In this document: positions 37,551 to 50,100 of the stretch, piece after piece
Numbering within the stretch: the first letter of the stretch is position 1
Layout of the letters: each line of letters opens with the position of its first letter
Assembly: GCA_964247055.1 (NCBI GenBank)
Contig: OZ176057.1
Location: 5,518,001-5,582,000 of the forward strand
Source of the DNA: Paragordius varius
Taxonomy: Eukaryota; Animalia; Nematomorpha
Length of the DNA stretch: 64,000 nucleotides
Direction: 5' to 3'
Made by a program: the position numbers and the translations under genes
The notes under the pieces: generated by a model
The model's database searches: none
What the model saw: only the letters and a program-made list of their open reading frames with translations
What the model was told of the DNA's origin: nothing

Positions 37551-38684
37551 AATAATTTCAGAGCTACTATCGATATATATATATATCTTGTATGGTACTT
37601 ACGGGAAGCAAATAAAGGCAATCGGTAATAATCATGAAAATGAATTAGCATACATATATCCGAAGATAACACAGCTGCTATAAACAATAACAGGCAAGCA
37701 GGAATCGATCGAAGATGCGAGAAGACATAATAAATATTAATTTATTTTTACACAAAATATGAATATATATTTATTTAAGTGCCAATACTAAATTTATAAT
37801 ATATATATCTATTATGTAAAATATTTAATTACTTTTTTGGTATGTTATTATATCTTTGAAGTAGTCTCCTCGCAATTCGCGTGAGAATGTCTAAGCTCTC
37901 CCAACACAGGAACCCTATAAATCTATGACACTAGACGACAAATTTTTCTGTCATTCGAGCTTTATACATCTTCTGATAATTATTTTTACAGTAAATCTGA
38001 ATTAAAAATTATTAATTCTACCTAAAGAAAATTTTAATTTAATTTTTTAACAAAATTTTAATAAAAAATGTTAAATTCTTAAAATATACAACAAATGCCC
38101 AATTATATATTAATCGAAAGAGTAGTGAAATTGCATTCTAATATGTTTTACATAGAAAATTTATTTTACTTTGAAATCGGAATGAGCTAATCGGTTTTCC
38201 CAAGCCTTGCTTAAAGCTAACAACTATTTTTTGTTATATATTGATTTGTATGGGTAAATAAAATTTGAAATTATACAGACAAACATAATAAATTTATGCC
38301 AATTAAAATTAATTTGTTTTAATATAATTTATTTTGTTGGTAGCAAAAAATATTAAAGACAATTTTTTTTTGAAAAGTCCACCATGCTAAAACCTAGAAT
38401 TTTTTTTACATTAATTAAATGGTTACAATTGGAAATTGTTTTAATAAGTTTCCATTTTACGTTTTGTTCTTGAAATTTATTTTTTATTGTATTTTGATTG
38501 TTAATAAGTTATGGTGATTGTTGAAAAGAATTATAATATCATAGTTATTTTTACAATATGTAACTTAAATTTCTTTAACATTTGAATTCGTAGTGTGCTG
38601 CTCTAAAAAAATTATTAATAAATATAAAGTACATTAACTATTTTATTAGTTATTTACCTATTTAATATATATATATGTTTTTAA

Positions 38685-39261
38685 CACTTCGATTCGAATT
38701 GGGGTAACTAAATACCCCAGACTAAATTTAAGTTAATATTTTTAAAAAACTATTGAAGGAAACGGTCCCAATTTAAATTTATGCTTCAATCCTGATAAAA
38801 ATTATATAAATATGCCAAAATGTCTTTATAAAATTTTGTTTTGAAAAAAAGTTCAATCTCAAACTACTTCGACGCCATTTTTATTTTACAAATTTTTTGC
38901 AAAATATCGTCTATATTTAATTTTAAGGGTAAAACTAAAGCTAATTTTTAATATAAATTACATCTAACATTGATAGAAATAGAAGAAGCGGTTTATTTTG
39001 TATTATTTTTTAATTTTATCATTTGACACATGTCACGTTGACTAAATATTTACCTTTCGGTTTTAGCTTAAAATAAGTAGTATCAAGTATTTTTTAATAA
39101 TTTTTTTATTTATTTCGGTCTATTAATGTTATCTAACAAAATTTTGCCATGGTTTCGATTCCTTCCCTATTTTTTAAAGTATTTGATTTCAAACAGGCCT
39201 GGGGTGTCCAACTACCCCAATTTGAATCGAAGGACTAAAATGAGTGTGTTGTATCCAAGTG
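38685..39261. mobile_element. piggyBac-type MITE (family P), cleanest copy
   Basis: TTAA TSD on both sides; CACTT/AAGTG termini; internal inverted repeat CTTCGATTCGAATTGGGG abutting one end and set back by a ~25-bp spacer at the other (asymmetric piggyBac architecture). Confidence 0.88.
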
Positions 39262-40015
39262 TTAAATATATTTTTCATTCAAAAAAACATTAAATTATAT
39301 AATTTATTCAACAATAATTTTCTTATTCGTTTTTTGCTAAATAAATTTCAATTAATAACCCATAAAACTTAAATTTTACGTGTTATAAAATTGAACGGAT
39401 AAAATATTATTCCTGAATAAATTTATAGCAAATAATAAAAATCCTATAGGTATATAAAAAATAATTGGAGCACAAATTAAGATTGAAAATGTTTAAAAAT
39501 TTATATACTAAATAATATCCAAAATTATATGTTTAAATGTATAGAATTTAAATTATTTTCGGATATTGCTATAAAAAAGTGGAAAATTAAATCTGTTCGC
39601 GATTGTAATTTAAATAAATTAACTAAAAACAAATTTTCCATTTAACAATTAATTTACCATTTTCACAGTTTATATTATACGGTTATATTTCATAAAATTG
39701 GTCCGTAGAAAAAAAAATCTATGAAATATTTCTTTAAAAAAATTTTTTTTTATTTGAAATTAAACGAAGCTATCTAATATTACCGAATTATATTATGGGG
39801 TCAATCAATTATAGACATATAAGTAAAACTAATTATATTTTCAAACTAAATTTCACCTAAAATTGTCTTTATATATATATATATATTTTCTGGTAAAAAT
39901 ATTTTTTTCATTAATGACAGAAGCTATTAAGTTGTTACAGAGAAAAGATATCAAAAAAATATTTAGTAATTCATTTTGAAAAAATTGTCATTCACATTTT
40001 TATTTGATTAACAAT

Positions 40016-43000
40016 ATGATAATTTCTAGACCAAAATATTCTTTGGCTGATAAAAAGATAATGTTTTTGGAAAAATATCGAAATTACTTAACTTATATTC
40101 TGAAATACACTATCGTGTGGGCTTTCTTGATAATTTCAACTTTTATGCTATTACTTCAAAGCGACACATATGCCATCAATATAAAGTATGAAATAAATTT
40201 TATTTTACTTTTTAGTATTTATACACAATAAATTAAAGTTACATAACATTTTCATTTAATGGCAACTTTTCAATTAGATTAACTTTTCCATTACTAACAA
40301 TATGCGGACAAATATACAGTAAAAATTGAAATTATACGGACAAAATTTAAAAAAACAAAAAAATTTTTCAAAAGACACCCAAACTTTTTTAAACCTTAAA
40401 TTTACCTAAAAAAACATTTAATTATATTCGTAATATACATAATTGATTGTGTTACCAATTTACATTACTATATTATACTGCTATTTAATTATATATTAAA
40501 AAATCAAGATATAAAAAGTATGGTTGTCTGTTAGATAAAAATATTTGCCTTTATATTTTCACATTTTTTCCATATAATTTCAATTTTTACCGTAAATTTT
40601 ATTGATTTCTGAAAGTGTTTGTCGGAAAATATTTTTGTGACGACTATTGATAGGGTTAAGGTGATGTTTTTAGCCGAAATTTTTACGATACCATAGTAAC
40701 CAAATAAAATATCCTAACGCTTATAAAAATAAATGAGTTTTTACTTTTTTAAAAATTTTTATACAAAAGGTAAACCTTATTTTTTAAATTTTTTATTTCA
40801 TTTTAGAAAATGATTCAAATATATTTAAAGAAAAAAACCGCATATATACAGTTGAGATAGATATTATCGGATAAAACGTAATAATGTAAAGGCAAATATT
40901 TTTTTTAAAAGACAACCATACTTTTAAAATCTTGGTTTGAAATGTAAACTATTGTTTGTAATTGCATAGTATTAAATAGAGATGTATATTGCTAACGCAA
41001 CCAATTATATATTTTACAATTGTTATTAAATAGATAAAATAAAGGAAATATTAAGGTCAAAAAAGCATGGTTGTCTTTTGAACAAAATATTTGTCTTTAT
41101 ATTTTTATGTTTTGTCCGTATAATTTCAATTTATACTGTATTAAGGTTAATAAATATTCTTAATGTTTTAAAACAAAAATTTATGATTATAAAAAATAAA
41201 TTTGGATTTTTCCTCTTATAAACATATATTAGAATTTAATTGTGAAGATACCAATATTTAGGCTTAATATCAAAAATGATATGTGTCCTAAGTACCAGAT
41301 AAAGTAATAGGTTTATTTATTATTTTGAAATAGAAAAAAAATATCCACACCCAAATCAAATTTAATTCCCTGGTCTGAAATGACTAGTCAAAAATTTTTG
41401 AGCAATTATACCAGATATTTAGTCCCTAAAACAACCACGACTGGTAAAATGGGGGAAGTTACCACTGTAATTCCTAAAAATGTGGAGACTTTAGAAAATT
41501 CTCAGACAATAGAACCTGAATTACAAAAGGTAATATACCTTCCTCCTAGCCTTCAGGGCTCAAAAAACACTCAATCATTGAGGGGCAAACCAGAATTAAA
41601 CTTAAGCCTGGACCCCAAAATCAAATATTATTCCCAAATTGGTCAAGACAAATTCGTAGAAAAGGTGTTGGGTGGAAAAGTATATTTTTGCGTTACATCT
41701 ACGTCCTATTGGTTTAATTATATTATTTAAACAAAAAAATCCTAAAACGTTAGGCCATTCAAAAAAATCATTTAGTTATATTATCTTCTAAACATACTAA
41801 TATAGAGCATATTTATTATTTGTAAACGCTTTACAAATAATATTTTTGCATTTATAGTGATGGGTGTTTTTGATTTAAATATAATGCTAAATTGATTTTT
41901 AATCAAACATTAATTTATTACAGTTTGTAACTATTCAAGTCCAAAGTTATTAATTTATACTGAAAAACCTAAAAAATTTGACATTAATCGATTTCAGTTT
42001 TTACGATTTAATGAGAAACAAAAAAATTTATTTGGACATATATAAATTTTTTCCAATTTTATCAAATTGAGAATGCGCCTAAGCCTTATAATGTTTAATT
42101 CTAAATATCGCCTAATTTTACAGAAAAAAATGAAATTTTACGGACAAGACGTAAAAATATAAAGATTAATATTGTTTTCTAAATGACAACCATACTTTTT
42201 AAATTTAATATTACTGATTTTTTTACTGAAAAGCATAAAATAGAGTTGTAAATTGGTAAAACAATTAATTATATATTTTATGATCTGTTATACGATAAAT
42301 TAAAATTTGAAAAGGTATGGTTGTCTTTTGATAAAAAAAAATTCGTCTTAATATTTTTATGTTTTGTCCGTATAATTACAATTTTTACTGTAAAAAGATG
42401 AAATAGCCAACCATCTAAAAAGGTAATAAAGTATTTGAATGCTATAATACACTCATTTTAGAATGAAGTGAAATGTGCAACAAGCATATTTAAGCTAAAT
42501 ATATTTGACTACTGTGTTTTCTTTTGATTTACACTAAAAATTGAAATTATACGGAAAAAATGTAATAATATAAAGACAAATATTTTTTTTCAAAAAACAA
42601 CCATACTTTTTAAAACCTTGATTCTGCCCATAAAAATTATTTGATTACAATTGTTAAATAAATAATTAATTGTTTTACCAATATACATCTCTATTTCACA
42701 CTTTACAGTTCACAGCAATGAGCAATATTTAAAATAATTTAGGTTTTAAAAGTATGATTTTGTTTGAAAAATCTTTGTCTTTATTATTTACATTTTGTCC
42801 GTATAATTTCAATTTTTACTGTAATATAATAATTATAATTAAAGTTTTATTAACTGTTTACAGAGAAATGGATTTTTCATAGAGTGTGGAGCTCAGACGG
42901 GGGAACAGTTATCGAATACATTGTATTTCGAAAGATATTTGAATTGGACAGGACTGCTTATTGAGCCATCTCCAACGTATTTCAAAATTCTTAAAGGGAA

Positions 43001-43914
43001 AAGGCGAAATGCATACCTTGCAAACACCTGCCTCAGTCCCCTACCATATCCGATAATGGTAAACTTTATCCAATTTTACATACTGTAATAGAATCAAAAA
43101 TTTTTAACATAGATATTCTCATAAACAAATTGGGTTCTCTATTTTCACATTTTATTAAGTGTAACCGCCAAATACGGAACGATTTTAAGGAAACAGAATC
43201 ATTTAGATTGCATCTTGTTTCAATAAATAGGAGTGTTATTTCCGATTTCAATAGCAACTAATATGATGTTCTAAATTTTACGGGGTAGGAAGTTGGAATA
43301 AAAGATATTGTTAGCTCTTAACTTTGATTTTATGTCGATTTTTCCATCAAATTCTCAGTACTTTCTTTTTAAGCCGTTTTCCAAAACATAATCTAAAATT
43401 AATTTTAATGTTGTTTTTAGTTTTGTAGCTTACGTGTCAGTTTAGAAAGTTATATCATTTGCATATATTTTTTCAAACACAGGTTAATTTTAATGGACAC
43501 CAAATTATGCCCATTGCGAGTAGCGGAAAGCCGGATATAAAAAATGCTAAAAGCGTCGTCCAAAAAAACATGGAAGAAACTAATTATTTCGCAATCAACT
43601 TGACATCAGATGCCATTTTACAATCGTTTATGAAATGTTATCCATTGATTGATATACTGCATGCAATTGAGGCACCTTTAAACACCATAGATTATTTTAG
43701 TTTAGATGTGGATGGCCCTGAATTCGATATTCTAAGATCCATACCATGGTCATTGCTTAATATAAAGGTATTAAGTGTTGAGTATAGACATTATCCATTC
43801 TCAACAAACGATGCAGTTAAGGGAGAAATGATTGAATATATGCGCGAACTAGGATACAAATACAATGAGCTTGGTTTTGATTTAATTTTTGTTAAAAAAG
43901 ATGATGCGTTGTAA
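40016..43914 (+). CDS. Star-like FkbM-family (Methyltransf_21) type II membrane protein, 4 exons, ~380 aa
   Basis: Exons 40016-40185, 41334-41679, 42864-43058 and 43483-43914, GT-AG and in phase. N-terminal TM; motifs YSQIGQD, NGFFIECGA..G..SNTLYFE...WTGLLIEP, IDYFSLDVDGPEFDILRSIPW and IKVLSVEY. Confidence 0.9.
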
Positions 43915-44194
43915 TAGATAGATTTAGAAAAATATATCATTGTTTAATAAAATATTGTATGTCAAAACGGCTTGGTATAAACACAGTGTGATTGTAAAAA
44001 ATATAATGTTAAAAAGGGATGATATAACTAAAAATTAAATTATTAAAATACATATTAATGAAATTAATATTATTAGATGAAATGCTAAAATGAAGAATAA
44101 ATTAAAAAAAAACATTTCTAAAATAAGCGTGATTAGATATTGCATTGGTTAAGAAATTATTAATAAAAAATATAATGATCCATTTTGGAATCTC

Positions 44195-47100
44195 TCAAAC
44201 CAGTCCGAATCCCTTGCTATGCTTTAGGGCTAAAAATAATCGTTCTTGAAGTTGTTCTAGGCTTTCATATTCCGGTAACATTAGATAATTAAAACAGGTA
44301 TGCGCTGATGGCAATCTAAATCATATTTATATGCATAAGTTATAAAAATAAAATTCACCCTTGAACAATCAAATTCCCCCTCGAAGAATTCGAATTCACC
44401 CTTGAACAATTCAAACTAATCCTAAAAATAAATTATGTGTTTTTTAGCTAATATAACTCATCATTAATATGAAATATATTTTTATGGCATAGTTTATTAT
44501 TTTTTCAGTATTATATTAATTTAAAACAAAATTTGATTTTTTCAGAATATAAAAAATATAAGTAATTTTTAAGTTTAAAAAACACATAATATATTTTAGG
44601 GTGAACTTAATTGTTCATGGGTGAATATGAACTGTACATGGTATATATGAGTTATAAAAAATATTATTTTGGGATGTTTTACAAAAACATCCAATTCGCA
44701 AACATTTTTTTTGAAAGATGCAAGTTTTAAAAGCAAAAACTTCGACCCAACTTTTCCCCATCAGGTTTTCAATAAATGTTTTGCTTCTATTTTAAGTCTA
44801 AGCTTTGCCACCATTTTTTTAGCATATATTAAACATTTAAGGATTATTATTAGGAACAAAACAATATTTTTCAAAACATATTTTTATGGCAAATATTAAA
44901 TTTTAAGGCCATAAACACACACACACACACACACACCTATTGATATCACCAGTCTGTTTTGAGATATGGAATTTGAGTTTAGCCAGTCCGCCCAAGGGAA
45001 CTCGATCGCTACCGGTCGTAAATTTAAGGAGAGTTTTTCGTTCCTCCATATTCATGTAATTGTGAACCGTGTCCCAAAAATATCTACAAAAAACCAATGA
45101 TATAAAGAGAACAAAAAGATATTTTTTTTAAATTAACCTTGATTTTTTTATTACAGTAAAAATTAAAATTATACGGATAAAACGTATCTAGAGGACAATT
45201 ATAGGTTTAAAACCTTAATTTTTCTCTAAAAGAAACCATATTAGTTACAATTGTAAAATCTGGAATCGATTGTGTTAGTAATATATATCTCTATTTCACG
45301 TTTTGCCATTTAAAACAATGAATTATATTGAAATAAATCAAAATTCAAATAGTATGGATGTCTTTTAGAAAAAAATATTTGTCTCTATATTTTTACATTT
45401 TATCTGTATAATTTTAAATTTTACTGTATAAATAATTACAGTTTTGGATAAATGATTAGCTATGTGATTAGATTAATAAAACTCTCGATTTAACTTTACG
45501 TTTACCAAAACTGTATATAAAAAAATTAATCAAAATGTATGTATGTTCCATCTATAAGTCTTGACCTTTTAAATTTTTCAAATAATTTTATTTCTATAAA
45601 TAATTTTCCAACAAGCAAATTGTAAAATTAAATCTTTTGCCAAAAATAAAAAATATGGATACTTTATAACATCCGTGTTGGGATCATAACCACCTTCATA
45701 TGCGGTCGAATGTTCTAGGTCATGAAAATCATAATCCTAATTAAATAAATTAACAAAAAATAATTAAGCGCCAAAAAATTACAGTAAAAAATTGGAATTA
45801 TACGGACGGACAAAACGTAAAAACATAAAGACAACCATATTTTTTTGCAACAAAAGGCAACCTTATACTTTTTTAAACCGTGATTTTTGCCAGATAAATT
45901 ACTTAATTACAATGATATTGTAAAATATTTAATTGGTGATTGCGTTATAGACCAATTTACATCCCTAAATTATATTTTCTTGAAAACAATAAATTATTTA
46001 AAGAAAATCCAATTGCGGGCTTTTTGAAAAAATAAATTTTTTTAACATTTTGTCCGTATGATTCCAATTTTTACTTGTCAAAAAACTTGTAAGTTTTAAA
46101 CTTAAAAAAAAAGTTTGTTCATTATATACAATATAATAACTAAAAATTAACTGGATTTCCACAAATCAAAAGTTCCAATTCCCGTGGGTTAAAGAGTCGA
46201 TAAAGTGGTGATTTTTCATTGATAACCAAATCGAAACCGCGTTTAAATGCTTCAAATTGAGTAGCGATAGAAAGATTGAGCAAATAATCGGCATACATAT
46301 TAACATAATCCTAAAATTCAATTACATTGCATTTTTATGTAAAATATTTTTTTGCACACACAAAAGCGTAAAAAATAAAAAGACAAATATACCATTTAAA
46401 ATTTAAATTCACCCTATAAATGAATTATGTGTTTTCGGGCTAATATAACTCATCATTAATATAAAATATATTCTTATGGTATAGTATATTATTTTTTCAG
46501 TATTATATTAATTTTAAACAAAACTTCATTTATTAAATATATATATAAAAAAATATAGGTAATATTTAATTTTAAAAAACACATAATTTATTTTAGGGTG
46601 AAATTGAATTGTTCAAGGGTCAATTTGAACTTTAAATGGTATATTTGTTTGGTATAAAAAAATTAACCATACTTATTTTAAACCTAAATTTTATAATTAA
46701 AAAATGAAAAATTACCATTTATATTTCATATTTTGCTACAACACATACAATAAGTTATATTAAAGAAAATCAAGGTCAATTAGGGTAATCAATTTAAAAA
46801 AAAATAGGATTGTCATTTAGTTTTAAATTTCAAATTTCGATTACTGTAATATAATTAAACCAACCTGACGATTAAGCAAAGTAACTGGTATATGTGAACC
46901 ATTTGGTAATAATTCGTATTCGCTAACATTGCCTAAAACATATATGTAAGAAAAAAAATTAAAATTTCTTTTATCTGAAAAATGAAAAACGAGGGATGGT
47001 TAAATTATAAATTACGATTCTGGAATATATAAATAAATATATTTTATTTCCCGAAAATCTAAAAAATATGTTATTGGCCCACATACATAACATCGGAAAA

Positions 47101-50100
47101 ATATTAATAATTTAAAATAAAAAAATAATTCCTCCAAATTAAATCTAACTGTATCTTTTTAGCATATTTATAAAAAAATTATTATTGTAAATTATTTTAG
47201 AAAGTATATTGAAAAACTGTACATATCATTGATTTTAAACATCAATGAAACATTATTTTAAACTAGTAAAGAAATATCATATGTTTTAATTCGTGGAAAA
47301 TCGCAAATTATTTCACAAGATATATTTTTATCTTTTTTTGATAAAATTTTTTAAAAAAATATATTTTATAAATGCGAGTTTATAATTTTTCCAAATAATG
47401 TATTCTAGATGTAAAGATATTTTAACATAAAAAATTATTTAAAAAATAATTATATATTACCATATGGATCAGTAACATTAATGCTAAATGTTAAAGTAGA
47501 TTGTCCTGTAAATTGTTCAAATTCATCAGAGTCCATAGTAAGTAATTTAGATAAACCATTGTACAATGACTATTGAATAATCAAAATATACCATTAACAA
47601 TTCAAATTTTACCCTTTAACATTTCAAATTCACCCTTGAACAATTAAAATCTCACCCTTGAACATTTCAAATCCACCCTTGAACAATTCAAATTTCACCC
47701 TTGAACAATTCAAATCCACCTTAAACAATTAAAATTCCCCCACAAATAATTTAAATTCATCCTCGAACAATTCAAATTTCACCCTTGAACAATTTAAATT
47801 TCACCCTTGAACAATTCAAATTTACCCTAAAAATAAATTGTGTTTTTGGGCTAATATAACTAACTTATTATTAATATGAAATATATCTTTATGGCGTATA
47901 GTTTATTATTTTGTGAGTATTATTTAATTTTAAACAAACATTTATATTTTCAAATATAAAAAAATATAAGTAATTAACGTCAAAAAACACTTTATATTAA
48001 TTTTAGGATAAATTTGAAGTATAAATGGCATATATAATGGAATATATCATTACTTTTTAAAAAAAATAAAAAAATTAAAATATTTACCTAATAGTTATAA
48101 ATTAATTTGGATCAACTTTAATGATTAAACATTTTGCGTGATTTTGTTTTATGTTTTACAAAAGTCAAAAAGTATAGTAATGAATAATGTTTCAAATAAT
48201 GTGGATTATTTTAAATTTAAACATTCAATTTTATAAAATTTGGAAGAAATAAAAAAAACTTACAGTAAAAATTAAAACCTAACGTTAAGACAAATATTTT
48301 TTTCAAAAGACAACAAGCATACTTTTTACACCTGAAAATTTCTTATATGATCTAATTAATTACAATTTCAATTGTAATATAATTTCCTGTAAACGATTTC
48401 CATCTCTGTATTTCCTACTTTGCAAGTAATTTCAAACAACAATGTGTTAGGGTTTATTTTCAACATTCATATTTAAAAAGTATGGCTGTGGTTTTTTTAA
48501 AGAATGATCTTTTACAGTAAAAATTGAAATTATACGGACAAAACGTAAAAATATAAAGATAAATATTTTTTTCTAAAATATAACCATATTTTTTAAATTT
48601 TTATTTTTTTAAATATAACTACTGATTATTTTAAACTGAAAAGTATAAAATAGCGATGTAAATTGGTAAAAAAAACAATTATATATTTTATGATTGTATT
48701 TAAATGATTATTACATGATAAACTAAGGTTTAAATTTTGGAAAAAAAATTTGTCTTTATATTTTTATGTTTTGTCCGTATAATTACAATTTTTACTGTAG
48801 TTTTTGCATAATATTAGGTTAAAAAAACCTTGTACATAATGTATGCAAAAATTGTTGATTTTTTTACATAAAAAATTTCTTAAATAATTAATTACAGTCA
48901 TGTATGTTTATAAATGTCAAACATATAGTTTTAATTGATTTTACTTTGTTTTTAATTGTTTACAATAAATAGGCTATTATTATTACTATTATTTTAAGGC
49001 CTGCTAAAAATGCGCATGTTGAATGTTGACATATCAAAAACATTATAACAATTAAAAACAAAGTAAAATCAATCAAAAACAACATATTTGTTCTCAAAAT
49101 TTAATCTATTACAGTCATGTATGTTTATAAATGTCAAACATATAGTTTTAATTGATTTTACTTTGTTTTTAATTGTTTACAATAAATAGGCTATTATTAT
49201 TATTATTATTTTAAGGCCTGCTAAAAATGCGCATGTTGAACTATTGACATATCAAAAACATTATAACAATTAAAAACAAAGTAAAATCAATTAAAAACAA
49301 CATATTTGTTCTCAAAATTAATTAATAAATTGTTAAATGTCAAACATACGTTTTTAATTGATTTTACTTTGTTTTTAATTGTTTACAATAAATAAAGCCT
49401 GCTAAAAATGCGCATGTTGAATTATTGACATGTCAAAAACATTAAAACAATTAAAAACAAAGTAAAATCAATCAAAAACAACTCATTTGTTCTCAAAAAT
49501 ACAATAAATTTTAATAAAATACCGGATTAATTTGGTTTAAATCGGTAAAACTTGCAGGTCGACCATACAGTTTGTAGTACAAGAATTGTGGAAAGTTAAT
49601 ATCCAAGATTATGCTATTGTAAATAGCTAATCCTATTATAGTTCCAACTAAATAGTATTCACACCATTGTTCATTACAGCCTTGTTGACTTATTGTTGTT
49701 GAAGTAGTTAAAGTATTAAACCAAAATATACGCACATCATCCATATATTTAAACATGCCTGAAAAGAAAATTTATTTTATCATAAAAAAATTGATTTGAT
49801 TGTTTTTTTATCAACTTTTAAAAGAATTAAAACACCTATTTGTAAAAATGCATATAATAGCCAACAGGTAGATCGGATTATATCAAATGTTTGATTTAAA
49901 ATAGAATAGCAAAATAATATTTTTTCTAGTAAAAGACGATTGATAATATGAAAAATGTGCTTTTTTGATAGTCCGTTTTTGTTGAAAAGTAATTAAATTA
50001 TAAAAATACCGTAGTATAATGTTTAAGTTAAATAATAATTATTTTTTACATATACTCTAATATTCCATTAAATATACCATTTACTGTTTAAATTTACCCT

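Noticed and set aside
47600-47830. CRISPR-like look of the 21-23-bp repeats (also 50960-51020, 52260-52420)
   Set aside because: Units are contiguous with no unique spacers, sit inside MITE arms, and there are no cas genes in this eukaryotic DNA.
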